Shown: positions 50,746-64,000, counted from the first letter of the stretch. The stretch is 64,000 nucleotides of DNA from Squalus acanthias (GCA_030390025.1 CM059438.1:68946001-69010000); one strand, 5' to 3'. Numbers and translations: made by a program. The notes: generated by a model from the letters alone, not told the origin.

Positions 50746-51329
50746 TTCACACCACTTCTGCAGCTGTCATCAATGAAGAAACATTACAGTAAACTCACAA
50801 CATGCCACACTTACCTGGCGTGGTGTCCGGACATCGGGAAGCCCGCAGTCAACCTGGCAAAATTGAAAAACGCCTCTTAACTGCCTGTTAACTATCTGTT
50901 AACAGGCAGTTAAGTGCCTATAATCCTCTTCCCGCCACTAGGTGTCGGGTTCCTGCCCAAATCGGGGACCCGACACTTGGGGAGATTGTAGGGAGGCGGG
51001 TTGACAGCAGGTTCGGGACCCGCTGTCAATCTTAGCAATTTTGCCAGCAGTCCCGCCTCCAAACTCGCCCCCTGAGCGCCGGCAAAATACCCCCCATGAT
51101 GTTTAGATGATCTAAGACGGCCTCCTTCATGTTATTTATCTGGTGTGACCATGTGGCTGTATAATTACAAAATTGACAGAGGCACAAAAGATTTTGAATG
51201 CTCCCATCCAGGTTGTTTTTATTCTCCAGAAATCTAGCTTGTCCCTAGAACTGTGTACCCTGTAGTTGAATTAAATAGGCAACAGCTGTTTTCAAATGTT
51301 GCTGTGCAATCTCTTTATTTCTCTTTATT

Positions 51330-51537
51330 TCTCCTTAAACCTCTCCGCCTCTCTATCTCTCTCTCCTCCTTTAAGACGCTTCTTCAAACCTACCTCTTTG
51401 ACCAAGCTTTTGGTCATCTGCCCGAATATCTCCTTGTGTGGCTCGGTGTCAAATTTTGCTTTATAACGCGCCTGTGAAGCCCTTTGGGATGTTTTACTAT
51501 GTTAAAGGCGCTATATAAAAGCAAGTTGTTATTGTTT
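51330..51537 (+). mobile_element. L2-type 3' tail
   Basis: AAACCTACCTCTTTGACCAAGCTTTTGG..GTTAAAGGCGCTATATAAA..GTTGTT. Confidence 0.75.
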
Positions 51538-53089
51538 AATTCAGGATAATGACTGATGATGGCTGCATGCCATGTTCACGATAAGAGACATCCAGATGAA
51601 ACTTCTCGAGTCAGCAGCAGTTCTTGTTTCCGTGAAAGTTGTACTAAACCAGGTGAGACGCATGTCACAAAGATAATTAATTTGCTTTATAAGCGTAGGC
51701 AGTGCAGTTCATTAAACATCTTGCTTATTACGGTGGTGCTGCACTGAAGCACAAGTGCCTCTGAAAATGAGCCAGGCAGTGTCTGTCTGCTCAAGTTCAA
51801 CATCTTCGAAACCTCAAGCCTCAACATCAGTGTGGCATCAGAAATTTTTCCAAAAGTTTTTTTTGTCTTCATTCTCACCTTGTGGGTGTTTTTCAGCTCA
51901 CTAAATATGGCAGGACAGTCTGGGCCACAGACGTTTCTTAGGCTTCTCTTGAAAGTGTTCTGTGTTGACGAACAGGAGGGACAATTTTTAGAATGGGATG
52001 GGCTCCCTTTATCAAGTTAGTTTGCTTATATTCCTCACCACAACCAAAATTGGAGACGGCCAAATTTTCTCCTTCACCACTTGGGCGATAAACCCGCCCG
52101 TTATTGACCCCACCTGATCTTCATTTCCATGGGCACAATAATGGAGCGATTCTATAATGGGTGAGCAAATCGTTCTGCCTGTTTACTGTAACCTTCACTG
52201 TAACAGTCTCTTGTGTAGAGTTGAATGGCACTGCTCATCACCAGCTTTTTGTAGAGCTCCCAGTGCCATTTGTTGCAGAGAGAGTCTGCAGCGTTTCCAA
52301 ATAATATTTATACAATATGCTTTTTAGTTGAGCTTGTTCTCATTCGCAATGATTTCTATCAGAAAGGTTTGGTAATTGTGATATTTTTTGCTGACAACAC
52401 AATGCTCCGATCTTTTAGAAAAAGACTTAACCATTCTGCAGAGATGAGTTTCTCCAGGCAGTTGAAAACAGAATTGATTAGTGGGATGACAAAGTATGTT
52501 TTATCATTAAGACTGAAAAGACCAGGCCACAATTTGTCAAGGCTGTTTAACTGTAATGTTGTCCACCATCCTTTCCATCAGTTAGGATACCCTGTTCTCT
52601 TAGCTTACAAATATTTGATCAATTATGCTGGATAATCACATCCAAGCTACACTGGGATAAATAGATAACATAATGACTGGGAAAGCTTGAGAAGAATGGA
52701 AATTTTCAACAAAGGTCAGCCCTATTTCTCAGTTAGCTGCGTGAGTATTCTATGAAGGTTTTGCCTGTCCAGTGCTTTCGTATTGTGTTCCCTGTGTCTC
52801 AAGCTGCAGGAAGCATTCATTTCTTTCTCCTACTCTCCGTTCAGTTCAAGCCAATTAAGACCATTGAATTTTGAAGGTGGTCCTCCCTGCCATTCTCAAT
52901 TACCTTCAACATCACCATGTTCTGGCTGTGCTGTCTCTCTCTTTAACAAGATGAAGCTACAACAGCAGAACTAGAGTCTCATCTCAACATAAAAAGTCAG
53001 TTTGGAATGTAAGCCGCAAAGCTTTTACACAATATTGCTGCTTGTGGAATTCACTCTCGGACCATGTTGTCTCCTAGGACTTTGAACTT

Positions 53090-53213
53090 TGAAAGAAAGA
53101 AAGAAAGAAAGACTTGGATTTATATAGCGCCTTTCACGACCACCGGACGTCTCAAAGCGCTTTACAGCCAATGAAGTACTTTTGAAGTGGAGTCGCTGTT
53201 GTAATGTAGGAAA
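53090..53213 (-). mobile_element. Deu-domain SINE 3' fragment
   Basis: (GAAA)n then GACTTGGATTTATATAGCGCCTTTCACGAC. Confidence 0.85.
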
Positions 53214-53339
53214 CAAAAGACAAATACAGAATTTGCAGCTGGCTGCCAACCCAATATTGTTAGGATGTTCATCAGGGCACAGAAAAGGCTTACACCTTTT
53301 TGGGCTCTTGACTGCCAGCAGAGCTATTATTGAGGTATG

Positions 53340-53807
53340 AACGAAAGAACTTGCATTTCTATAGTGCCTTTCACGACCTCAGGATGTCCCAAAGCGCTTT
53401 ACAACCAATCAAAGTACTTTTTGAAGTGGAGCCACTGTTGTAATGTAGGAAACGTGGCAGCCAATTTGCACACAGCAAGGACCCACAGACAGCAATGATA
53501 TAATAACCAGATAATCTGCTTTAGTGGTGTTGGTTGAGGGATAAATATTGGCCAGGACACCGGCGAGAACTCCCCTGCTCTTCTTCAAAGTAGTGCCGTG
53601 GGATCTTTTACTTCCACCTGAGAGGGAAGACGGGGGCCTCGGTGTAACATCTCTTCCGAAAGACGGCCCCTCTGACAGTGAAACACCCCCTCAGCACTGC
53701 ACTGGGAGTGTCAGCCTGGATTATGAGCTCAAGTTTCTGGAGTGGGACTTGAACCCACAACCTTCCTACGCGGAGGTGAGAGTGCTACACACTGAGCCAC
53801 GGCTGAC
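53340..53807 (-). mobile_element. Full-length tRNA-derived Deu-domain SINE
   Basis: Minus strand starts GTCAGCCGTGGCTCAGTG (A box), has GGTTCAAGTCC (B box), Deu-type core and tail. Confidence 0.9.
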
Positions 53808-56800
53808 GTTGTCTTGGTTACAGCTGTATATATTGACACTTGATTACGCAACCGAATAAACTAAAAGCTAAAGTGGTGTGAAATGGCCAAGGATTGAAGG
53901 AATCTGAGTTTAGGAGTGGGAATGAAGTAGAGTTCTGTGAATTATGTGTCAAAAGGTACTGACCAAGAATATGGTCAAATAAAACCTACAACGTTTTTTA
54001 TTTGGACAGCCAAATTTTCAGGCCACGTCTATTGGAGCTCCAAACCATTGTGCTGTGAAGTCACTCAACATAGCCTTTGCCAACAATTCCTCATCTACTA
54101 ATACTGACAATAGATTAGTCATTATCAGGTGAGTCACTGACTGGAGGCAAAGGTCATTTCCACTGGAAGGAAGGACAAATTTGAGCTGATTCAAATTCGA
54201 GCAGACTCATGTTTACAAGCGGCGATGACTGAGGCCTTGGAGAAGGTCATCATTCTCCTTCGGAGCAGTGGTTTGTGGCCAGGGATATGTGAAATTGAGA
54301 AAACGTTTATTTGTATTTAAAAAGACATAATTGCTATGATAAGGTTTCTTGCACACGATTACACCACGTATAGACAGTGGAGTGTGATGGAAGCAATCAG
54401 CAATGTAATGGCATCACTGATTGCATCTGGTCTACATCAATTGAATGAATAAGCAGATTGTAAGAGGAAAGCAAAAACGTATGTTGCAACAGATAACAAA
54501 ACTCCTGGAGGGCAAAGTATTGCTGGCAGTCCACGGAGGTGTCAGCAAATAGTTTCTAGATCTTATTATATGCACTCTATTTCAAAGCTTCTCAAGTGAC
54601 AGCAACACATTTCTGTCCTCCTTTTTCCTCTCACTCCCTCTTCCTCTCTTCCTCTCTTTCCCTCTCCTGCCTCTCACTTTCCCTCTCCCCTCCCCCTTTC
54701 AAATGTGACACAGCAAGGCAACATTTTATTGTGAGCTCTTATGTTCCGCGCACAGTGTGCTTGGGGTTATGGGACCAGGAAGTATATTAGAGTTGTCACT
54801 ATTGTAAAATGCAAGGGATGCCATGTCTACTGACTGGGTCAGACAGCATGTTGAAGATATGCACAAAGAGTGCAAAGAAATGAGTATTTTATTAAAAATC
54901 AAAATCACAGTTTATTTATTAATACAACTGCATGGAAATATTGGAGCTATTTTAAGATATTCTTGATGTTTTCATTCCTGCATATACAGGATTTTTTTTC
55001 TTTCAAGTTATTGTTTACTCTAGTGTTATTGCTGATTTCCCACTGATTTTGTTGTTCTTCCTCTTATTGTTCTTCCACGCTATTTGGGTTTATTTGCTTC
55101 CTCTTCTGATTTTAATTTGCCTCAAAGGCAACGTGCCAGAGGGTCAACAACGCAGATTACAAAGCTAAAATATGGCTGGTCCATTGACTTATATGACGGG
55201 GCTATCCATGGGCAGCTCTCGCTGAGCAGGGCAGAAATTGCCACCTTCAGCTGCTTTTTGATAGTCCAGTGTAATTTTTTTTTAAAACAAACCTCATCGA
55301 GGATGAATGCTGAAACTCGGTCTACACCATGAGAACCATCCACTAATGGCCTTTGTTCTGCGGCACACTGCAAGGCAGTGGAACTTTGTGTGATTTTATT
55401 CAGTGTTCTACGCAGTGCACACCTCCAGTTCATTAGCTGGATTATCTCTGCAGCTCCAACAGAGATTGCTCCCAGTGTCAGACAGCTCCCTTGCATCTAG
55501 TGATCCACTTCAGTCTCCCACTAGCTTGTCCCAGTTGCCATTATCCACATGTGCACCTCAAAGTGAGTATTTGCAGACTATTCCATTGTTGCCCTGCCCC
55601 CTTCCAGCAGTGGTCGTTGGATACCAGTCAGGAGCAGGAATCCTTGCTGGTTTTTCACTCCCTAATCCCAGTGTGCTGCAGCCATTTGTAGAGCTAATAC
55701 TGTCACCCTGGGCGAGATTAACTAACTCACCAGACTGAGAATCATTTTTAAATACCTGCCTTTGTAGAACCATTTGATTATGCTTTTTTTTAAGCCTCCT
55801 GAATTTTCTCGCTTTCAACTATAAATAACAATTTATTTAACAATAACAGCCTTCTTGGACTGACATGCCAAGGTGCTGAGAAATTTATGACCATTGATGG
55901 CTTAAAATGCCTGACGTATCAGGACAAAAGAAATCTAGAAGGATAGAAGAAACTGGGATTATTTGCAGTCTTTTGGACAGAGGGGTTGGGTGACATTTTG
56001 ATTTATTTATTATTGATTTTTTTTTGTGAAGCTCCAATTCACATCCAACTGTCACTTGAATGATTCGAGCATTTTCTCCACCCCTACTCATCGCATTAGT
56101 CCATTCAAGGTGTAGATCAGTCTTAGTGTGAAGAAGACCTTGTTGACATCCGTCATAAACTTGCCTTTTACTCGCGTGAATCTGTGTCCCTTTGTCCTAC
56201 TTCTGTGGTTTTTTGTGAAGCGCTGTTTCCAATCTAACTTTTCGATACCATTTACTAATTGATATGCATCCATAAGATTACCTCTCAGTCACCTCATCTT
56301 TTCGGAATCCTTTCTAATGCACTTCTTTAAAGTACACAGAATGTTCAGATGGTTAATAAAGTTGTCCATATACAAATCAGTATATTTGGTTAATACATAT
56401 ACAAGCAATTTTCAGCTGCATTGATACCCTCTCAGTTCACTTTGTGAAGTATCACTGCTGGTTTTGCTGTTGTTTTGGACTACCGATTTACACTGGCATT
56501 TCCAAACCTTATATGACTTCTCAGTTTTGAAATTGGTCCGAAGCCTTTCGAAATTCTGCAGACGGACCCCGACTAACTGTGCATTTCAGAATCCAAACTG
56601 GAGAAGTTCACATTCACACTGTGGGCTGGGATTTACAGTTGCAGTGTGACACCTGTGGTTGCCACGGTTTATCTTCGACTACTCTCGTTGAACTGTTGTC
56701 GATCGCTGAGGTGAATCCCTGTTGGCATGCGAATCGTAGCATGGCTGCAAAACCATTTCCGCTTTACAGCACCGGTGAAGCAGGCATATAAATGCACTTT

Positions 56801-57619
56801 CAAACTAATTTTTTCTAACAGTTGGGTTTCCACGTATCTTAATACAGCAGAATAAACTGCATCGCTGCTGCTGTGCTCTGACAAAATGTTCAGCTGGCAA
56901 TATTTATCTGGTCAATGGCATTTTGTTATCTTCCTGCTTCCCCACAGATTTCACTGTAGCCAGGATTTCCAGTAAAATAGTCCCATTGGTGCTACATTAT
57001 TACTGCCCAATGAGCTATTGGAAGGATCAAGCAGTAGGCGGCAACTCAATACTTTGGATAATGTATTGCAACATTGGTGCTCACAGGGAGAGAATTCCAC
57101 TGATAAAAGCTGTATTTCTCCACAATTCAGCACTGTGTGGCTGATGAGAAGACTGGGCAGAGGATACTGTTTGTGAGTAAGCCCTTGCAGTTCATTTTTG
57201 AAGATCAAAGAGCTTGTTTGAAATAATGGACCATTTCCTTCTGTTTAAAGTTGAACTAGATTGTTGTTGGTGACAGGATTGCTGCTCCACATCGGATCTG
57301 TACTCTGCAGAAAAGAATCAGTTAGTTATTCTGTCAAATGATTCATTCTTGAAGAACTGAAATATCTTCACACGTCGCGATAAAATTTGACCACTATGCA
57401 TAGTTAGAAAATACAATTGAACAGTTTCTAAGAGTATAGAACCTTTTCAGGGATGATTGATGGTAAACATGCAGCTTTTAGGTACTTCCCTGGATGTTTT
57501 TCCTTCAATTGGTTTAGCACATAAGTTGTTAATAAAAACACCTGTGCTTTTGCTGGAGTGTAGACTTAAAGAAGCTTGGCTGTCCTACAGAGTTTTGGAA
57601 CCAGCTAAGGAATAAGTTG

Positions 57620-58965
57620 TTCATAGAAATCAGAGAAAGTTACAGCACGGAAGGAGGCCATTTCGGCCCATCATGTCCGTGCCGGCCAACAAAGAGCTAT
57701 CCAGCCTAATCCCACTTCCCAGCTCTTGGTCCGTAGCCCTGCAGGTTACAGCATCCCAAGTGCACATCCAAGTACTTTTTAAGTGTGGTTAGGGTTCCTG
57801 CCTCTGCCACCCTTTCAGGCAGTGAGTTACAGACCCCCACAACCCTCTGGGTGAAGAAATTTCCACTCAAATCCCCTCTAAACCTTCCCTCAATTACTTT
57901 AAATCTGTGCCCCCTGGTTTTTGACCCCTCTGCTAAGGGAAATAGGTCCTTTCTATCCACTTTATCTATGCCCCTCATAATTTTATACACCTCAATAAGG
58001 TCTCCCCTCAGCCTCTTCTGTTCCAAGGAAAACAGACCCAGCCTATCCAGTCTTTCCTCATAGCTAAGATTCTCTACTCCCGACAACATCCTTGTAAATC
58101 TCCTCTGTACCCTCTCTAGTGCAATCACATATTTCCTGTAATGTGGTGACCAGAACTGCACGCAGTACTCTAGCTGAGGCCTAACTAGTGTTTTATACAT
58201 TTGAAGCATAACCCCCCTGCTCTTGTATTCTATGCCACGGCTAATAAAGGCAAGCATTCCGTATGCCTTCTTAACCACCTTATCTACTTGGCCTGCTACC
58301 TTCAGGGATCTGTGGACATGCACTCCAGGGTCCCTTTGTTCCTCTGCACTACTCAGTGTCCTACCATTTAATGTGTATTCCCTTTCCTTGTTAGCCCTCC
58401 CCAAATGAATTACCTCACACTTCTCCGGATTGAATTCCATTTGCCGCTGTTCTGCCCACCTGACTAATTTATTGATATCTTCCTGCAGTCTACAGCTTCC
58501 TTCTTCAGTATCAACCACACAGCTGATTTTAGTATCATCTGCAAACTTCTTAATCATACCCCCTATATTCAAGTCAAGATCGTTGATATATACCACAAAA
58601 AGCAAGGGACCTAGTACTGAGCCCTGTGGAACCCCACTGGAAACAGCCTTCCAGTCACAAAAACACCCATCAACCATTACCCTCTGCTTCCTGTCTCTGA
58701 GCCAGTTTTGAATCCAACTTGACACTTTGCCCTGGATCCCATGGGCTTTTAACTTCGCGACCAGTCTGCCATGTGGAACCTTATCAAAAGCCTTGCTAAA
58801 GTCCATATACACTACATCAAACGCACTACCCTCATCTACCCTCCTTGTTACCTCCTCAAAAAATTCAATCAAGTTTGTTAGACACGACCTTCCCTTAACA
58901 AATCCGTGCTGACTATCCTTGATTAATCGTGTCTTTCTAAATGAAGATTTATCCTGTCCTTCAGA
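57620..58965 (-). mobile_element. 5'-truncated CR1 LINE
   Basis: Uninterrupted 388-aa RT/C-terminal ORF followed by the CR1 3' UTR. Confidence 0.95.
57706..58872 (-). pseudogene. CR1 ORF2 reverse transcriptase fragment (open frame, N-terminus missing)
   Basis: DFSKAFDKVPH, GVPQGSVLGP, FADDTK, RGHRFK..FFTQRVV. Confidence 0.9.
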
Positions 58966-59304
58966 ATTCTTTCCGAAGTTCTTGTTGTGTTAACTGTGCT
59001 TTAAATCTGCAGTGTTGATCACAGAAGTAAGTTTGCATTGCAGTACACTCAATAACGTGCATAGTGCAAACTTTAGCAATATTTATTTTCCCATAATAAA
59101 AGTTTGAAATATGTATGGAAAAACATGTGATGCGATGACGCCACTGTGTCAAGGGTATGGGTCATTGTCTACATCTCTGCTGAAGCCAAGTATGGCATCT
59201 TAAGTGTTCACAGATTGTATCCTATTCAATCTCAGAGGAGCTGTACCCACCAGATATCCAAGCAATGGTCCTGATTAAGTGTCAACTTGATTTTTTTGGT
59301 AGCA

Positions 59305-60270
59305 TTGTCATCTGAGCCAGAAGGTTCTGCACTCACGCTCCACTCCAGGACTGGAGCACATAATCTAGACTGACACTTAAGTGCAGTGCTGAGGGATTGC
59401 TGGATTGCCATCTTTCAGATGAGACATTGGCCCAAAAATTAGTGCCGCTACGCGAGAGTACGCACTGTGTACTCTCGCGTATTCTGTCTCCAATTGCCGG
59501 TTTTCTGCATGCACTGCGCATGCGCTGAAAACCGGCACTTGGTGAATTCAAAAGGGGGCGTTTCCTAGGTGAACCGCGTGCGCGCTACAGGCTGCGCGCA
59601 CGCAGTGCACTTAGTGCTTTGGACGCGCAGGTAAGCATGGAAGATTTTAGACATAAAGAAAGGAGGTGTAAGACCCTCTTTTAACAAGGTAAGTACTTAA
59701 TTAAGTATTATTTTGAATTTTTTTTAACAGGTATATCTTTTTTAGAGACTTTAAAGACAGGTAAGTTTATTTTTATAACTTTTTAAAAGATTTTAAATTT
59801 TTTCAAAAATTTAATTTTTTGTTTAAAATGGTTAATTTATTTAACTATACTTATTTTATTAATGTGATGGTTTTTTTAAAAATTTAATTGAGGTTTAGCT
59901 GTTCTTTTGGGGGGTATAGTATTCATAGCTTTCACAGCCGTGCTGTGAAAGCTATGAATGAAAGATGGTGTGCTGCCATTGGCTCTAACTGAGTCACGTG
60001 ATCCCACAGCTCGCACGAATTAACTACGCCTGTGGGATACGAAAGCCCTGCACAGCTGCTGTCCAGAACATCAAGTTCGTGCGAGTTCGGACTGAAAAAG
60101 CCAGCGCGCAGTGAGAGATCGCGGGAAGGCCTTACCCTCGCACTAAGGCTCACTCACTAATTTTTGGGCCAATAAACCAAAGTCATGTCTGCCTATTCCT
60201 GGAAATCAGGTGGATGTAAAAGAACTTCTGGTACTATTTAAGGAAGACAAGAGCATTTGCCCCATTTGTC
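59305..60270 (+). mobile_element. Deu-domain SINE split by MITE copy F
   Basis: TCTTTCAGATGAGAC|ATT ... AAT|AAACCAAAG rejoins the SINE core. Confidence 0.8.
59429..60170. mobile_element. GGCCC-family MITE (copy F)
   Basis: Perfect TIR GGCCCAAAAATTAGTG/CACTAATTTTTGGGCC. The first ~110 bp are nearly identical to the left end of 27956-31000. Confidence 0.93.
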
Positions 60271-60555
60271 TTGAGGATGCGTTAAGGTGGGATGCAAATG
60301 CTTCTTTCTTGTATTCAATATAAAGGACAAGGAAAATTCAAATGTGAAAATACTCAACTGGAGGAGAGCTAGTTTCAGTGCGTTGAAAAGGGATCTGGCC
60401 TCGGTGGATTGGAATCAAAGATCAGCAAGTAAAAGAGTGAAGGAGCAATGGGAGGCCTTCAAAGAGGAGATTGTTCGGTCGCAGTCTAGATACATTCCCA
60501 TGAGGGGGAAAGAAAGGGCATCAAAAGCTAGAACTCCCTGTATGGTTAAAGATAT

Positions 60556-61274
60556 GGGGGTAGAGTTTCCGTTGGGCGCAATTGCCAATTCCAGTGTAAA
60601 CTGTGCCCATTTTGGAAAGTGTTCCCCCAACTCCCCCCCACCCGAGTTTCCACTCATTCATTTGCATATCACTGAACGCAGAAGCTGCCGTGAACCAGTG
60701 CAATCAGGCAGCGTTTTAAAATGTAATTTTTTTCTAAATTTTGGTTTAAAAATTTTCCTTCATATTTTTCCTTCGATTTCCATTAAAAGTGGTAACTTGG
60801 TTAAGTTTGATTAAAACAGCTGAAAATGGGTTTATCACAAAAAATAAGAATTTTTAATCAGTGTCAATCCACCCACCACCTGTTAGTAACCCAATTTTAA
60901 ATGACTGTAATTCACTTAAAAAAAATAATAATTTTCTAGTTATATTGCTGTAGTCAGTTTCTTAGTAAATTAAAACAAAAATCACATTTAAAAGCTCTTA
61001 AACGAAGCTTTTTAGGGTCCTTGCGCCCAAAACAACCAGCTTAATTTTTAAAGCCTCCTGAAGGCCCGCAAACGAGCGCAATTGGCGGAAACTCCCATTT
61101 GTTATTCATTCATCCTCGTGGCGTGGCCAGTTTTCTGGCCTTCCAGAGTGATGTTTTAAAACTAGCGCAAAAGATTGCTGGAACTCGAGTTGCGGTGATC
61201 TTATGCGCTGGTTACACCAATTTCGGCCAAATTGCGCCAAAAAACCCAGCACAATCGAGCGGAAACACCAGGCC
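60556..61274. mobile_element. MITE inserted in CR1
   Basis: Non-CR1 block bounded by GGGGGTAGAGTTTCCG / CGGAAACACCAGGCC with GGCGCAATT/AATTGCGCC subterminal inversion. Confidence 0.75.
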
Positions 61275-63076
61275 ATACAGATTAAAATGAAACAAAAGAA
61301 GAGGCTTATGATAAAGGTCATCTTCATAATTCAGTAGAGAACCAAGCTGAATATAGAAAGTGCAGAGGAGAACTGAAAGGGGATATAAGAGAGTATGTGA
61401 GAATAGTTTAGCTGGTAACATTAAAGGTAACCCAAAAGTCTTTTATAAACCTGTAAATAAACATACTAAATTTAGTCAAAAAATGGTGGGGCTTATTAGG
61501 GACCAAAAGGAGATCTTCTTGTGGAGACAGGTGGCATGGCTGAGGTACTAAATGAGTACTTTACATCTGTCTTCACTAAAGAAGAGGATGCTGTCAATGT
61601 CATAATAAAGGAGAAGGTAGTCGAGAAATTGGATAAGATAAAAATCGATAAAGAGGGGGTACTAAAAAGTTTGGCAAAGCTCAAAGTAAAAAAGCCACCC
61701 GGTCCGGATGAGAAGCGTCCTAAGTTGCTGAGGGGAGTCAGGTTGGAAATTGCGGAGGCTCTGGCAACAATTTTCCAATCCTCCTTCGAAATGGAAGTGG
61801 TGTCAGAGGACTGGAGGATTGCAAATGTTATACCCCTGTTTAAAAACGGGGAGAGAGATAAACTTAGCAACTATAGGCCAGTCAGCTTTACGTCAGTGGT
61901 GGGAAGCTATTAGAGCCAATAATCCAGGATAAACTTAATTGTCCCTTGGAAAAATATGGGTTAATAAGTGGATGCTAGAAGGGATTTGTTAAAGGCAAAT
62001 CATGTTAGACTAACTTGATTGAGTTCTTTGAAATAACTGAGAGGATTGATGAGGGTAGTACGGTTGATATAGTGTATATGGACTTTCAAAAGGCATTTGA
62101 TAAAGTACTACGTAATAGACTTGTTAGCAAAATTGAAGCCCATGGCATTAAAGGGGCAGTGGCTGTGTGGATACATATTTGGCTAAGGGACAGAAAGCAG
62201 AGTGTAGTGGTGAGCATTTTTTTTCCGTCTGGAGGGAAGTATACAGTGGTGCCCCCCCCAGTGGTCGGTGTTGGGACCACTGCTCTTTTTGATACATATT
62301 AACGACTCGGACTTAGGTATACAGGGCATAATTTCAAAAATTGCAGATGATACAAAATTCGGAAATGTAATAAACTGACTCGACAAGGACGTAGACAAAC
62401 TGGTGAAATGGGCAGACATACGGCAGATGAAATTTAATGCAGAGAAGTGTGAAGTGATTACTATTTGGTAGGAAGAATGAAGAGAGGCAATATAAAACTA
62501 AATGGTACAATTTTATGGGGATATAGGAATAGAGAGACCCGGGGATGTACTTACACAAGTCTTTGAAGGTGGCAGGACTAGTTGAGAACTGTTTAAAAAG
62601 GCTTACGGGATCCTTGGCTTTATAAATAGAGGCGTAGTGTACTAAAGCAAGGAAGTTATGCTGAACCTTTATAAAACACTGGTTGGGCCCCAGCTGGAGT
62701 ATTGTGGCCAATTCTAAGCATTACACTTTAGGAAGGATGGCAAGTCCTTCTAGAGGGTGCAGAGGAGATTTACTAGAATGGTACCAGGGCTGAAAGACTT
62801 CAATAGCATTGAAAGACTAGAGAAACTGGGGCTGTTCTCCTTAGAGCAGAGAAGGTTACGGGAAGATTTGATAGAGGTATTCAAAATCATGAAGGGTTTT
62901 GATAGAGTGAAAAAGGAGAAACAGTTTCCAGTGGCAGAAGGGTTGGTAACCAGAGGACACAGATTTAAGGTAATTGGCAAAAGAACCAGAGGCAACATGA
63001 GGAAAAAAAATACGCAGCGAGTTGTTATGATCTGGAATGCACGGCCTGAAAGGGTGGAGAAAGCAGATTCAATATT

Positions 63077-63818
63077 GGCCCAGAAATTAAAGACGGAGCC
63101 TTCCTGCAGGGGTACGGCTTCCCCGCGATATCTCACTGCGCGCCTGCCTTTTCCTTCCGAGCTCACACGAACTTTAGTTTCAAGGCTGCAGCTGTGCAGT
63201 GTGTGCGTATCCCACAGACGCAGTTAATTCGTGCGAGCTGTGGGAGCACGTGATTCAGTTAGAGCCAATGGCAGCACACCATCTTTCATTCATAGTTTTG
63301 ACAGCAAGGGCTGTCAAAGCTATGAATCTATACCCCCCAAAAGAACAGCTAAACCTCAATTAAATTAACAAAAAAACCATCACATTAATAAAATAAGTAT
63401 AGTTAAATAAATTAACCACTTTAAACAAAAAATTAAATTTTTGAAAAAATTTAAAATCTTTTTAAAAGTTATAAAAATAAACTTACCTTTCTTTAAAGTC
63501 TCTAAAAAAGATAAACCTGTTGAAAAAAATGTAAAATAATACTTAATTAACTACTTACCTTGTTAAAAGAGGGTCTTACGCCTCCTTTCTTTATGTGCAA
63601 AATCTTCCATGCTTACCTGCGCGTTCAAAGCACTAAGTGCACTGCGTGCGCGCAGCCTGTAGCGCGCACGCGGTTCACCTAGGAACCGCCCCCTTTTAAG
63701 TTCACCAAGTGCCGGTTTTCAGCACATGCGCAGTGCATGCAGAAAACCGGCAATTGGAGACAGAATACGCGAGAGTACACAGTGCGTACTCTCGCGTACT
63801 AAGACTAATTTTTGGGCC
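63077..63818. mobile_element. GGCCC-family MITE (copy G)
   Basis: TIR GGCCCAGAAATT/AATTTTTGGGCC. Splits CR1 GCAGATTCAAT..AACTTTCAAAAGGG. Close relative of copy F in opposite orientation. Confidence 0.93.
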
Positions 63819-64000
63819 AATAACTTTCAAAAGGGAATTGGATAAATACTTGAAGGGTAAAATTTGCATGGCTGTGGGGAAAGACCAGGGGAGTGGGACT
63901 AATTGGATAGCTTTCAAAGAGCCAGCACAGGCTCGATGGGCCGAATGGCCTCCTTCTGTGCTATATCATTCTATGATTGTACGATAATGATTTCTCTAAC

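Larger units (their letters stand above)
45410..51095. mobile_element. Decayed two-gene Harbinger with LINE in Myb intron 1
   Basis: Convergent Myb (+) and nuclease (-) remnants. Right terminus resembles the 2760 and 19966 MITEs. Left terminus degenerate. Confidence 0.8.
60320..63980 (+). mobile_element. Decayed CR1 LINE with two nested MITEs
   Basis: AEVLNEYFTSVFT, NYRPVS, DFQKAFDKV, RGHRFK motifs. 3' UTR at ~63930. Confidence 0.92.

Noticed and set aside
53730..53807. tRNA gene
   Set aside because: The A/B boxes belong to a SINE head, and no full cloverleaf is evident.
1..64000. CRISPR arrays or prokaryotic systems
   Set aside because: No repeat-spacer array or operon. The sequence is eukaryotic repeat DNA.

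Overview
Eukaryotic, repeat-dominated vertebrate DNA. The CR1/L2 LINEs, Deu-domain SINEs, Penelope-type hairpins and Harbinger elements point to a cartilaginous fish (inference). No host protein-coding exon could be supported. Main contents: (1) a near-intact full-length CsRn1-clade Gypsy LTR retrotransposon (8027-12381). (2) A dense PIF/Harbinger cluster: one 3.0-kb element with an intact HARBI1-type DDE nuclease but no Myb/SANT partner gene (27956-31000), two decayed two-gene Harbingers (34731-38467, ~45410-51095) and more than a dozen MITEs. One MITE family shares the nuclease-only element's ends. It has a T-ANT-A target, covarying hairpins, a fixed-spacing E-box/CCAAT module and repeated AG|GTAAGT donors. 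(3) A complex inverted duplication/inversion (about 23.8-41.9 kb) that can be reconstructed from MITE target-site duplications (TSDs) and exposes two empty insertion sites. (4) Several chimeric or nested retroelements. Coordinates of decayed repeats are approximate.
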